Below the pieces are notes generated by a model that worked only from the letters and a program-made list of their open reading frames with translations, made no database searches and was not told the DNA's origin. The position numbers were made by a program, and so were the translations under genes. Shown here in pieces: positions 10,929 through 20,214 of a DNA stretch of 33,874 bases. Source of the stretch: Armatimonadota bacterium. Its GTDB lineage: Bacteria; Sysuimicrobiota; Sysuimicrobiia; Sysuimicrobiales; Humicultoraceae. The stretch spans positions 1 through 33,874 of the forward strand of contig JBQTJP010000324.1 of the NCBI GenBank assembly GCA_052386995.1, written 5' to 3'. Every line of letters begins with the position of its first letter. The first letter of the stretch is position 1.

Positions 10929-12313
10929 GCCCCGCGGACGCCGCGGGCCGGAGCAACGGGGTGGCCGCTCAGTGGCGGCGCTGGCGCCGCTGGATCGCCC
11001 CGGGTCTTGGGATCAAGCGCTGGGGGCTGGTCATCGCCGCCGGCGTTCTGGTGTTCAGCGCCGGCATCTCCCTGGTCGTGAACGTCAGTTTCCTCTCTCA
11101 GTTCGATGAGGCCATCTTCTTGCTGGCCGATGCGCTGGGGCGAATCAGCGGCGGTAGCGTCTCGCCGATGGTGCTGGGGATCGCCGGCATCGCCCTGGGT
11201 GGCCTGATCACGGTTCTCGGGCTGCGCGGTACCCTACGCTCGATCGATCGTGTGCTCTTTCCGACCGGCACTTCAACCCTCGTCGAGATCCTCCGGGACC
11301 GGCGTCGCCGCCAGCGTGGCCTGAGCATCGTCGCGCTCGGCGGAGGGACGGGGCTGGCCACCGTGCTGCGCGGCCTCAAGCAATACTCCTCGAACCTGAC
11401 GGCGGTCGTGACGGTGTTCGACGACGGCGGGTCCTCGGGCCGGCTGCGGCGAGAGCTGGGTATCCTGCCGCCGGGCGATATCCGCGACTGTCTGGTGGCG
11501 CTGGCCGAAGCCGAGCCTCTCATGACGCGTCTGTTCGAATACCGGTTCCGCGGCGGGGCGCTGGACGGCCACGCGTTCGGCAACCTTTTCATCGCCAGCC
11601 TGACCGGCGTCACCGGTGATCTCGAGCAGGCCGTCAAAGAGACGAGCAAAGTCCTCAACATCCGCGGGCGCGTGCTGCCCACGACCGCGCACGATGTCGT
11701 GCTCGCGGCCGAGTTCGATGACGGCCGGGTCATCGAGGGCGAGTCGACCATCACGGCCACGCACGGCCGGATCCGCCGCGTCTCACTCCGGCCCGCGGAT
11801 GCTCCGCCGCTGCCGGAGGTCATCGAGGCGATCGCGGACGCCGACCTGATCCTGCTTGGGCCCGGAAGTTTGTACACGAGTGTGATTCCGAACCTGCTCG
11901 TCCAAGGAGTGGCGGATGCCGTGCGCGCGTCCGATGCCCCGTGCGTCTACATCTGTAATGTGATGACGCAGCCGGGTGAGACCGACGGCTACACGGCCGC
12001 CGACCACGTCCGCGCGATGCACGCGCACACCGGGGCCGGCGTGTGCAGCTATGTGCTGGTCAACACGCGGCCGCCGCAGAGCCGCGCGCTGCTGGAGCGC
12101 TATGCGGGGCAGGGCAGCCGCCCCGTGGATCCGTCGCTTCCCGATCTTCAGTCGATGAATCTGATTCCGGTGGGACTCCCGCTGATGAGTGAGGAAGAGC
12201 TGCTCCGTCACGATCCCGTCAGCCTGGCGGAGGCCGTCTTTCGGGTGATGGACATGGCGGGCGTCCGACCGTCCAGGGAGCGCCGGCTCGCGGTCCCGAC
12301 CCGCCGCGCGTAA
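10925..12313 (+). CDS. yvcK: YvcK / gluconeogenesis factor (UPF0052, UDP-GlcNAc-binding), long form with N-terminal membrane segments
   Basis: ATGA overlap with rap[66 protein letters not shown]. Confidence 0.93.
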   Translation: MSPADAAGRSNGVAAQWRRWRRWIAPGLGIKRWGLVIAAGVLVFSAGISLVVNVSFLSQFDEAIFLLADALGRISGGSVSPMVLGIAGIALGGLITVLGLRGTLRSIDRVLFPTGTSTLVEILRDRRRRQRGLSIVALGGGTGLATVLRGLKQYSSNLTAVVTVFDDGGSSGRLRRELGILPPGDIRDCLVALAEAEPLMTRLFEYRFRGGALDGHAFGNLFIASLTGVTGDLEQAVKETSKVLNIRGRVLPTTAHDVVLAAEFDDGRVIEGESTITATHGRIRRVSLRPADAPPLPEVIEAIADADLILLGPGSLYTSVIPNLLVQGVADAVRASDAPCVYICNVMTQPGETDGYTAADHVRAMHAHTGAGVCSYVLVNTRPPQSRALLERYAGQGSRPVDPSLPDLQSMNLIPVGLPLMSEEELLRHDPVSLAEAVFRVMDMAGVRPSRERRLAVPTRRA

Positions 12314-12417
12314 GCAACCCGCAACATGCGCGCGGGGCGATAGGATTCTCGGCTCCCCGCGACGAAAAACCGGCACCGGTACGTGACGGTCCACGCCATC
12401 ATTCATCACTGAGGATT

Positions 12418-12777
12418 ATGCTGCTAGTTGATTGGCTCTATGTCGGCGTGTTTGTGGCCGTCGGGTTCGTGATGGCCGCGCTCCCCCTTGCGATCGTCTG
12501 GGCGCTGGCCCCGCAGTTTCCACAGGCTCAGAAACGGCTGACCTACGAGTCCGGGGTGCAGCCGTTCGGCCAGGCGTGGGCGCAGTTCAATGTCCGATAC
12601 TACCTGTTCGCGCTCGTCTTCGTCATCTTCGATGTCGAGGTCATCTACCTGTATCCTTGGGCGATCGTCTTCCGCAGCCTCGGCAAGTTCGCGTTCGTCG
12701 AGATGTTGATCTTCCTGGTGATTCTGCTCATCGGCCTGGCCTACGCGTGGCGGAAGGGCGCGCTCGAGTGGGCATAA
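12418..12777 (+). CDS. nuoA: NADH-quinone oxidoreductase subunit A
   Basis: [41 protein letters not shown] and [10 protein letters not shown]. Confidence 0.96.
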   Translation: MLLVDWLYVGVFVAVGFVMAALPLAIVWALAPQFPQAQKRLTYESGVQPFGQAWAQFNVRYYLFALVFVIFDVEVIYLYPWAIVFRSLGKFAFVEMLIFLVILLIGLAYAWRKGALEWA

Positions 12778-13739
12778 ACTGGCCGCGAGAGTTCGCCACG
12801 GCAATCGGCTTGACGGTCGCGATGTTCACCTTTCTGGCGGTCGTCACCGCGATGCTCGGCGTGCTGCTCGAGCGGAAAATCGGGGGATGGATTCAGTCCC
12901 GGCTCGGCCCCAAACACGTCGGTCCGCAGGGCCTCCTGCAGACGGTCGCCGACACGGTCAAACTGCTGCAGAAAGAGCACATCACCCCGTACGCGGCCGA
13001 TGTGGTGATCTTCAACATCGCGCCGCTAATCGTCGCGGTCGCGGGACTGATGGACTGGCTGGTGATTCCCTTCGGCCCCGGCGTGATCGTCCGGGACCTG
13101 AACATCGGGGTGCTGTTCTTCGCCGCCATGGCGTCGCTGACGGTCATCGGCATCCTGGCGGGGGGATTCGCGTCGAACAACAAGTACGCGCTGCTGGGCG
13201 GGCTGCGATCGGCGTCGCAGATGGTGAGTTACGAACTACCATTGGCGACGGCGCTGATCGCGGTGGCCATGGAAGCCGGCACGCTCTCGACGGTAGGAAT
13301 TGTCCAGGCTCAGGAGGGCTGGCTCGGCTCGTTCGTCTTCAGGCAGTTTCCGGCGTTTGTGATCTTCATGATCGCGGCCACGGCCGAGGTCAACCGCGTG
13401 CCGTTCGACCTCCCCGAGGCCGAGTCGGAGCTCGTGGCCGGGTACTTCTCCGAGTACACCGGCATGCGCTTTGCGCTCTTCCAGCTGGGCGAGTATGCCG
13501 AGATGTTCGCCATGGCCGCATTGGCGACGACGCTCTTCCTGGGCGGCTGGCGGGGCCCGATCCTGCCGCCGATCGTCTGGTTCTTCATCAAGATGTATGC
13601 GATCGTGTTCTTCTTCATGTGGATGCGCTGGACATACCCGCGGTTCCGGCTCGATCAACTGCTGAACCTGTCCTGGAAACTGCTGCTACCGGCCGGCCTG
13701 ATCTGGATTCTCATCACGGGCTACCGGATCGCGTTCTGA
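12768..13739 (+). CDS. nuoH: NADH-quinone oxidoreductase subunit H
   Basis: GTG 12768 overlaps the nuoA end. [83 protein letters not shown]. Confidence 0.96.
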   Translation: MGINWPREFATAIGLTVAMFTFLAVVTAMLGVLLERKIGGWIQSRLGPKHVGPQGLLQTVADTVKLLQKEHITPYAADVVIFNIAPLIVAVAGLMDWLVIPFGPGVIVRDLNIGVLFFAAMASLTVIGILAGGFASNNKYALLGGLRSASQMVSYELPLATALIAVAMEAGTLSTVGIVQAQEGWLGSFVFRQFPAFVIFMIAATAEVNRVPFDLPEAESELVAGYFSEYTGMRFALFQLGEYAEMFAMAALATTLFLGGWRGPILPPIVWFFIKMYAIVFFFMWMRWTYPRFRLDQLLNLSWKLLLPAGLIWILITGYRIAF

Positions 13740-14230
13740 TGGGCGAGCTCGCGGCGTTTGTCATCCTCTCGGTCATCACGCTGGCGTCCGCTGTCGTCGT
13801 CGTGACCTCGGCGAACATCGTCCGCGCCGCGCTGTCGCTGGTGCCGACGTTCCTTGGCGTCACGGGCCTCTACATCCTTTTGCAGGCCGAGTTCGTGGCC
13901 GGCATCCAGGTGCTCATCTATGCCGGCGCGATCACCGTCTTGATGCTGTTCGTGATCATGCTCACCGAGGGCGGCACCGGTCTGCGCGTCCGCCAGCTCA
14001 ACGAACAGGTGCCGCTGGGGATGCTGGCCGCCGCGATCCTGGCCGTGCTGCTCATCGCCGTGTTTTCGGGTACGGAGTGGCCGAAGGCGTCGGGGAGTCT
14101 GCCGCAGTACACCGCCGCGCCCATCGGCACCGCGTTCCTGACCAACGCCGTGCTCATCTTCGAGACCACCAGCCTGGTGCTGCTCGTATCGCTCATGGGC
14201 GCGATTATCATCGCCCGGCGTGAGCGCTAG
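13739..14230 (+). CDS. nuoJ: NADH-quinone oxidoreductase subunit J
   Basis: TGATG overlap with nuoH. LQAEFVAGIQVLIYAGAITVLMLFVIML, IFETTSLVLLVSLMGAIIIAR. Confidence 0.95.
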   Translation: MGELAAFVILSVITLASAVVVVTSANIVRAALSLVPTFLGVTGLYILLQAEFVAGIQVLIYAGAITVLMLFVIMLTEGGTGLRVRQLNEQVPLGMLAAAILAVLLIAVFSGTEWPKASGSLPQYTAAPIGTAFLTNAVLIFETTSLVLLVSLMGAIIIARRER

Positions 14231-14245
14231 CGGAGCGGAGAGCCT

Positions 14246-14557
14246 GTGGCGGTCGGACTGTCCCATTACCTGGTCGTCAGCGCCCTGTTGTTCTGCCTGG
14301 GCCTCTACGCGGTCCTGACCCGGCGGAACGCGGTGGCGATCCTCATGGGCATCGAGCTCATGCTCAACGCCGCCAACGTCAACCTGGTGGCGTTCAACAA
14401 GTTTACGGCGGCTGGCGCCCTGAACGGACAGGTGTTTGCGCTGGTGGTGATCACGCTGGCCGCATGTGAGGCCGGCGTCGGGCTGGCGCTGGTGATGGCC
14501 GCGTACCGCAGCCTCGAGACCGTCCATGTCGATGAGATCAACATCATGAAGTGGTAA
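14246..14557 (+). CDS. nuoK: NADH-quinone oxidoreductase subunit K
   Basis: RRNAVAILMGIELMLNAANVNLV, GQVFAL.VI..AACEAGVGLA. Confidence 0.96.
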   Translation: MAVGLSHYLVVSALLFCLGLYAVLTRRNAVAILMGIELMLNAANVNLVAFNKFTAAGALNGQVFALVVITLAACEAGVGLALVMAAYRSLETVHVDEINIMKW

Positions 14558-14560
14558 ACG

Positions 14561-16504
14561 ATGCTTGAGCTGGCCTGGCTGATCCCGGTTGCCCCGCTGG
14601 CGGCGTTCGCGCTGATCGTCGCGTTCGGCCGGCGTCTGCCGGGGCATGGCGCCTACGTCGCCGTGGCGGGGATCGGGATTTCGGCGTTGCTCTCGCTGGG
14701 GATCTTCATCCAGATGCTGAGCCACGCCGCGCCGTACGAGGCGAACGTCGGGTGGATGCTCCTCGACCGGCTCCCGCTCGACCTGGGGATTCGCGTCGAT
14801 CAGCTGGCGACCGTAATGCTGCTCGTCGTGACCGTGGTGGGCTCGATGATCTTCATCTATTCCATCGGGTACATGCACGGGGACCCGCGATATCCACGGT
14901 TCTTCGCGTATCTCTCCTTGTTTGCGGCCTCGATGCTCCTGCTGGTGCTGGCCAACAACCTGCTGTTTCTCTACGCCGGCTGGGAGCTTGTGGGGTTGTG
15001 CTCGTATCTGCTGATCGGATTCTACTTCGAGAAGCCCTCGGCGGCCCGCGCCTCCATGAAGGCGTTTCTCACCACCCGGGTCGGCGATGTCTTCATGTTC
15101 CTGGGCATCCTGTTGATCTTCTATCATCTCGGGAGCTTCCGCTTCGAGGAGATCTTCGCCAAGGTCCGGGAAGGGGCGCTGAAGGACCTGACGGTCGGGG
15201 GCTGGCCGCTGCTGACCGTGGCGGCTCTGCTCATCTTCGGCGGTGCCGTCGGCAAATCGGCGCAGTTTCCGCTGCACACCTGGTTGCCGGACGCGATGGA
15301 GGGCCCGACTCCGGTCTCGGCCCTGATCCATGCGGCGACCATGGTCGCCGCGGGTGTCTACGTCGTCGCGCGCGCGTTCACGCTGTTCGTTGCGTCGCCG
15401 GGGCACGAGGCGCTCCTCGTGGTCGCCTACATCGGCGGTATCACGGCGCTCATGGCCGCCACGATCGGCGTCGTGCAGGACGACATCAAACGTGTCCTAG
15501 CCTACTCGACCATCAGTCAGCTCGGCCTGATGATGCTCGGACTGGGAGTCGGGGGATACACCGCCGGCATGTTCCACCTGACGACCCACGCCTTCTTCAA
15601 GGCGCTGCTCTTCCTAGGCGCCGGCAGCGTCATCCACGCGATGCAGACGAACGACATGAAGGCGATGGGCGGCCTGGCGAAGGTCATGCCCTCGACGTAC
15701 TGGACATTCCTCATCGGCACACTGGCGCTGTCGGGGGTCTTCCCGTTTGCCGGCTTTTGGAGCAAGGACGAGATCCTGCTGGAGGTGTTTCACCACAATC
15801 AGACGCTGTTCATCATGGCCGCCCTGACCTCGTTCCTGACGGCCTTCTACATGTTCCGCGTGATCTTCTACACGTTCAGCGGCACACTGCGTTCTCACGA
15901 CGCGCACCCCCACGAAAGCCCGACGGTGATGACGCTCCCCTTGTGGGTGCTTGCCGGATTCTCCGTCGTGATCGGATTCGTGGGCGCGTCGTTTCTGGGT
16001 AATCCGTTTCACGCGTTCGTCCACTTTGAAGGTGTCGAGGCCGTGCCGTTCAGCGCCGGGCTCGCGCTGGTCTCCCTGGCGATTGCAGTCGCGGGGATCG
16101 GAGCGGCGGCGGTCGTCTACCACTGGAAGATCGTGCCATCGGCGACGCTGCGCCGCGCCGCCGGCCCGCTGTACACGCTGGTGTCAGGCAAGTATTACTT
16201 CGACGAGCTGTACAACGTCACGATCGTCAGGCCGGTCCTCTGGAGCGCAGGGGCGCTGCGCATGTTCGACACCTACGTGATCGACGCGCTCGTCAACCTC
16301 GTGGGGCTGGCGGGCATCGGACTCGCGCGCCTGTACCGTCTGTTCGATACCTACGTCGTGGACGGGCTGGTGAACGTTCTCGGCTATACCGTGAAGGCCG
16401 GAGGAGGCATTCTCCGGTACTTACAGACCGGACGGACGCAGAACTATCTGCTGGCCATTGCGCTCGGCGTGATCATCCTGCTCGCAGCCGGACTCTTTAG
16501 ATGA
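14561..16504 (+). CDS. nuoL: NADH-quinone oxidoreductase subunit L, with a 26-aa duplication in the C-terminal amphipathic helix
   Basis: YSIGYMHGD..YPRFF, GWELVGLCSYLLIGF, GKSAQFPLHTWLPDAMEGPTPVSALIHAATMV, HAFFKALLFLGAGSVIH, GFWSKDEIL, LQTG..QNY. Confidence 0.97.
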   Translation: MLELAWLIPVAPLAAFALIVAFGRRLPGHGAYVAVAGIGISALLSLGIFIQMLSHAAPYEANVGWMLLDRLPLDLGIRVDQLATVMLLVVTVVGSMIFIYSIGYMHGDPRYPRFFAYLSLFAASMLLLVLANNLLFLYAGWELVGLCSYLLIGFYFEKPSAARASMKAFLTTRVGDVFMFLGILLIFYHLGSFRFEEIFAKVREGALKDLTVGGWPLLTVAALLIFGGAVGKSAQFPLHTWLPDAMEGPTPVSALIHAATMVAAGVYVVARAFTLFVASPGHEALLVVAYIGGITALMAATIGVVQDDIKRVLAYSTISQLGLMMLGLGVGGYTAGMFHLTTHAFFKALLFLGAGSVIHAMQTNDMKAMGGLAKVMPSTYWTFLIGTLALSGVFPFAGFWSKDEILLEVFHHNQTLFIMAALTSFLTAFYMFRVIFYTFSGTLRSHDAHPHESPTVMTLPLWVLAGFSVVIGFVGASFLGNPFHAFVHFEGVEAVPFSAGLALVSLAIAVAGIGAAAVVYHWKIVPSATLRRAAGPLYTLVSGKYYFDELYNVTIVRPVLWSAGALRMFDTYVIDALVNLVGLAGIGLARLYRLFDTYVVDGLVNVLGYTVKAGGGILRYLQTGRTQNYLLAIALGVIILLAAGLFR

Positions 16505-16510
16505 AAGGTA

Positions 16511-16692
16511 ACAGCGTTAAGGCGAGCATGGCGAGCCCGATTGCTGAGGAGGCGTCGGGCAAGCCCGACGCCGGTGAAGCACATCTCGTGTGGCGGTTGG
16601 AGGATGGCGTGTGACAGCGTTAAGGCGAGCGTGGCGAGCCCGATAGCTGAGGAGGCGTCGGGCTTGCCCGACGCCGGTTGAGCACATCTCGT
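16511..16692. repeat. Two direct copies (16511-16589, 16614-16692) of a 79-bp element, each with a perfect 10-bp hairpin
   Basis: 73/79 identical by manual alignment; period 103 bp. Hairpin GGCGTCGGGC-(AA or TT)-GCCCGACGCC in each copy. Confidence 0.92.
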
Positions 16693-16718
16693 TTTTTGAA
16701 TAGGAGGCGTCGAACTGG

Positions 16719-18227
16719 ATGGAACGCTACCTGCTGACGATCACGGTTTTTCTCCCGCTGCTCGGTGGGCTGATGGTGCTGTTGATCCCCAAGACCAACC
16801 AGCCCGCAATGCGGCAGGTGGCGCTCATCACATCCGTCTTGACGCTCTTGGCCTCGCTGTGGCTGTTTGGGCCGTTCGAGATCGGCAAGACAGGGATGCA
16901 GCTCGAGGAGCGCTACCTGTGGATCCCGGGAATCGGCATCAACTATCACCTCGGGATCGACGGGTTGAGCCTGCCGTTGATCGTTCTGACGACGCTGCTG
17001 ACGGTGCTCTCGATCGTGTACTCCTGGCGCATCGACCTGCGTCTGAAGGAGTACCTCTTCCTGTTCCTGCTGCTCGAGACCGGGATGCTGGGCGTGTTCA
17101 TCTCCCTTGACTTCTTCCTGTTCTACGTCTTCTGGGAGGTCTCGCTGGTGCCGATGTACTTCCTCATCGGCATCTGGGGCGGGCCCAGACGAGAGTACGC
17201 CGCCATCAAGTTCTTCCTTTATACGTTGATCGGGTCGCTGGCGATGCTGCTGGCAATTCTGCTGCTGTATTTCAACGCCGAGCCGCGGACGTTCGGGATG
17301 CTGGAGCTCATCCGCCAGCAGCCACTGGCGAAGGCGCCGGCCCTGGCAGGGCTGGCGTTCTGGGGATTCTTCCTGGCGTTCGCCATCAAGGTCCCCATGT
17401 GGCCGTTCCACACTTGGTTGCCCGACGCGCACGTCGAAGCGCCGACGGCGGGCAGCGTGATCCTGGCCGCCATCCTCCTGAAGATGGGGACGTACGGCTT
17501 CATCCGCATCAGCCTGCCGATGCTGCCGGAGACGTTCAAACTGTACGCGCCGATCGTCGCCGTCCTGGCGCTGATCGGCATCGTGTACGGCGCGTTGGTC
17601 GCGATGGCCCAGCCGGACCTCAAGAAGCTCGTGGCCTACTCGAGCGTCAACCACATGGGGTACGTGATGCTGGGGGTTGCCGCTGCCGCCGCCGCCGTCG
17701 GGGATGCCACCAAGGCGGCGTCCGCGACGATCGCGCTCAACGGCGCTGTCTTCGAGATGATCGCACACGGTGTCATTACGGGGGCGTTGTTCCTCATCGT
17801 GGGCGTCATCTACGACTACAGGGCGCACACGCGCGGCGTGGACGATTTCGGCGGGCTCTGGGGTCCGCTGCCGGTGTACGGCAGCCTCACGATCATCGCG
17901 ATGCTGGCCTCCCTCGGGCTGCCGGCGCTGATGGGCTTCGTGGCCGAATTCCTGGTGTTCGTCGGGGCGTTCGGGGTCTTCCCCAAGCTCACCGCCGTGG
18001 CCGTGACCGGCGTGCTCTTTTCGGCAGCGATGTTCCTGTGGACCATCCAGCGGATCTTCCTGGGACCTCCCAACCCGCGGTGGACGGCGCTGCCCGATAT
18101 CGACCGGCGCGAGGCGATCTCGCTCGTGCCGCTGGCCGCTCTGATGGTGATCTTCGGCATCTATCCCCGGCCGCTGCTCGATGTCATCAATGTCGCCATG
18201 ACCAGTCTGGTCACCGGGCTGAAGTAA
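16719..18227 (+). CDS. nuoM: NADH-quinone oxidoreductase subunit M
   Basis: YHLGIDGLS, FWEVSLVPMYFLIGIWGG, FAIKVPMWPFHTWLPDAHVEAPTAGSVILAAILLKMGTYG, AYSSVNHMG, GFVAEF. SD AGGAGG. Confidence 0.97.
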   Translation: MERYLLTITVFLPLLGGLMVLLIPKTNQPAMRQVALITSVLTLLASLWLFGPFEIGKTGMQLEERYLWIPGIGINYHLGIDGLSLPLIVLTTLLTVLSIVYSWRIDLRLKEYLFLFLLLETGMLGVFISLDFFLFYVFWEVSLVPMYFLIGIWGGPRREYAAIKFFLYTLIGSLAMLLAILLLYFNAEPRTFGMLELIRQQPLAKAPALAGLAFWGFFLAFAIKVPMWPFHTWLPDAHVEAPTAGSVILAAILLKMGTYGFIRISLPMLPETFKLYAPIVAVLALIGIVYGALVAMAQPDLKKLVAYSSVNHMGYVMLGVAAAAAAVGDATKAASATIALNGAVFEMIAHGVITGALFLIVGVIYDYRAHTRGVDDFGGLWGPLPVYGSLTIIAMLASLGLPALMGFVAEFLVFVGAFGVFPKLTAVAVTGVLFSAAMFLWTIQRIFLGPPNPRWTALPDIDRREAISLVPLAALMVIFGIYPRPLLDVINVAMTSLVTGLK

Positions 18228-18236
18228 GAGCCGGCG

Positions 18237-19679
18237 ATGCCGATCCCGCGGGAAGATCTCTGGGCGCTGGCGCCGGAGTTGTGGCTCACCGGCCTTGGGC
18301 TGCTGCTCATCGTGTTCGATCTCTTCACGGATCGGGATCGCAAGGTCGCCGTGGGATGGGTGGCGATGGCCGGACTCGTCCTCTGCCTGCTGCCCATTCT
18401 TGGCATGATTGGGCAACCTGCGCGCACGGTCTTTTTCAACACGTACGCCGTCGACGGGTTTGCGGTCTTCTTCAAGCTCATCGTTGTCGGCTCCACGATT
18501 CTTGTCATTCTGGCGGCAATGGATTACTTCCGGGGGCAGACGAGCTACGAAGGGGAACTGTACATTCTGCTGACCTTCACCGCGCTCGGCCTCATCCTCA
18601 TGGCCGGAAGTGCCGATCTCATCCTGCTGGCGCTGGCCGTCGAGTTCGTTAGCCTGACATCCTATGTGCTTGCCGGGTACTTCAAGGCGGATGCCCGCAG
18701 TACCGAGGCAGGCATCAAGTACTTCCTGTTTGGCGCCACGGCCTCGGCGATCATGATCTACGGATTCACGATCCTCTACGGCCTAACCGGCGAGACCGCG
18801 CTCTACGCGATCGCTGATCGCGTGCGGACGGCTCCGCAGCCCGCCTTGATCGTGGCGCTCGGTCTGTCGCTGGCCGGCTTCGGGTTCAAGATCTCCATGG
18901 TGCCGTTCCATCAGTGGACCCCGGATGTCTATGAGGGCGCGCCGACGCCCGTGGCGGCCTATCTTTCGGTTGCCTCCAAGGCGGCCGGATTCGCCGCCCT
19001 CGTGCGCCTCTTGCTGGTCGCGTTCGAACCCAGCCGGGTCGACTGGGTTGTTCTGATCGCGGGCCTGGCGGCCGTCTCGATGACGCTGGGCAACCTGCTG
19101 GCCCTGCCGCAGCGGAACATCAAGCGGATGCTGGCCTTCTCCAGCGTCTCGCACGCCGGGTTCATCCTCATCGCCGTGGCGGCATTCAAGGGGGATTTCG
19201 GGACGCCGGGCCTGCTCATCTACATCCTGGCGTACACGTTCACGAACCTGGGCGCTTTCTTCATCGCGGTGGCGGTCGGACAGCGGCTCGGGTCCGACGA
19301 CATCGCCGACTATGCCGGCATGGCGCAGCGCTCTCCGTTCCTCGCGCTCCTGATGCTGTTCTTCATGCTCTCGCTGACCGGCATCCCGCCGCTTGCCGGA
19401 TTCTTCGGCAAGTTCTACATTTTCGGCGGCGCCGTGAACAACGGGCTGCTGTGGCTGGCGATTGTCGGGATCGTCAACAGCGTGATCTCGCTGTATTACT
19501 ACGTGAACGTCATCCGCGTCATGTACCTCCTGCCCGCCCCGTCGCTCGAGCCGGTCGGGGAGTCGCCCACGCTGCGGCTGGCCCTGGCCATCACCGCGCT
19601 CGGCACTCTCCTGATTGGCCTCTACCCGCAGCCGTTCATCAACCTGGTCGGGGCCGCCGCGCCGCTCCTGCGGTTTTAA
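18237..19679 (+). CDS. nuoN: NADH-quinone oxidoreductase subunit N
   Basis: STEAGIKYFLFGA, FKISMVPFHQWTPDVYEGAPTP, QRNIKRMLAFSSVSHAG, SLTGIPPLAGFFGK. Confidence 0.97.
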   Translation: MPIPREDLWALAPELWLTGLGLLLIVFDLFTDRDRKVAVGWVAMAGLVLCLLPILGMIGQPARTVFFNTYAVDGFAVFFKLIVVGSTILVILAAMDYFRGQTSYEGELYILLTFTALGLILMAGSADLILLALAVEFVSLTSYVLAGYFKADARSTEAGIKYFLFGATASAIMIYGFTILYGLTGETALYAIADRVRTAPQPALIVALGLSLAGFGFKISMVPFHQWTPDVYEGAPTPVAAYLSVASKAAGFAALVRLLLVAFEPSRVDWVVLIAGLAAVSMTLGNLLALPQRNIKRMLAFSSVSHAGFILIAVAAFKGDFGTPGLLIYILAYTFTNLGAFFIAVAVGQRLGSDDIADYAGMAQRSPFLALLMLFFMLSLTGIPPLAGFFGKFYIFGGAVNNGLLWLAIVGIVNSVISLYYYVNVIRVMYLLPAPSLEPVGESPTLRLALAITALGTLLIGLYPQPFINLVGAAAPLLRF

Positions 19680-19740
19680 CGAAGGAAGGAATCGGAGAAA
19701 AACGGCGCGAAGCCGCATGCTGCCCGGATCCGCGGTTCCC

Positions 19741-19770
19741 TTGACGCTTGTTTGGGGTCCCTGCTATCAT
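19741..19770 (+). promoter_or_regulatory. Sigma70-type promoter of the V/A-type ATPase operon
   Basis: TTGACG (19741-19746), 18-nt spacer, extended -10 TGcTATCAT (TATCAT 19765-19770), about 70 nt upstream of the first ATPase gene. Confidence 0.65.
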
Positions 19771-19841
19771 CGCGCAGGTCGTGTGCCCCCGGGCACCGCG
19801 TCCTGGGGGCGTTTTGCTGACAGCGCGACGAGGGCGGGCGC

Positions 19842-20201
19842 ATGAGCGCAAAGTCGGGCCATGGTGAGCACCACGCAGGGGACGACAATCTGCTCCATCT
19901 GATCGCCAAGAAAGAGCACGATCTCGAAACCCTGCTGGCGGGCGCGCGGTCCGAGGCCGCATCGCTCGAAGCACGGGCGCGCGCTGAAGCCGAGCGGATC
20001 CTCAATGAGGCCCGCGCGCAGGCCGCGGCCGCATCACGCGAGTATGAACAGCGCGTGGCCGCGGAGGTGGCCCGCATCAACGACGACCTGCAGGCGCGCG
20101 CGGCCAAAGAGGTCGAGTCCTTGCGCAAACAGGCGGCCGCGCGTCAGGCCCAGGCGGTCCAGATGGTCGTCGACCGCGTCATCAAAGGCATGACCGCGTG
20201 A
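19842..20201 (+). CDS. V/A-type ATP synthase peripheral-stalk subunit G (H in archaeal naming)
   Basis: 119-aa Ala/Glu/Arg-rich coiled coil (ARAEAERILNEARAQA), first gene of the operon, immediately before subunit I. Confidence 0.8.
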   Translation: MSAKSGHGEHHAGDDNLLHLIAKKEHDLETLLAGARSEAASLEARARAEAERILNEARAQAAAASREYEQRVAAEVARINDDLQARAAKEVESLRKQAAARQAQAVQMVVDRVIKGMTA

Positions 20202-20214
20202 AAGGGACCCCCGC

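Noticed and set aside
10925..11330. Novel fusion at the YvcK N-terminus
   Set aside because: A membrane-anchored long form of YvcK is already known from several lineages.
12328..12400. Riboswitch or Rex operator upstream of nuoA
   Set aside because: Only a 7-bp GC stem with a large loop. No convincing TTGTGAA-N4-TTCACAA site or recognisable aptamer.
16511..16692. CRISPR array or integron attC sites
   Set aside because: Only two 79-bp units with one 24-bp spacer, no cas or intI gene, and no attC end motifs that I could identify.
14561..19679. Mrp Na+/H+ antiporter operon instead of complex I
   Set aside because: Clear NuoA, NuoH, NuoJ and NuoK are present, and MrpE/F/G are absent.
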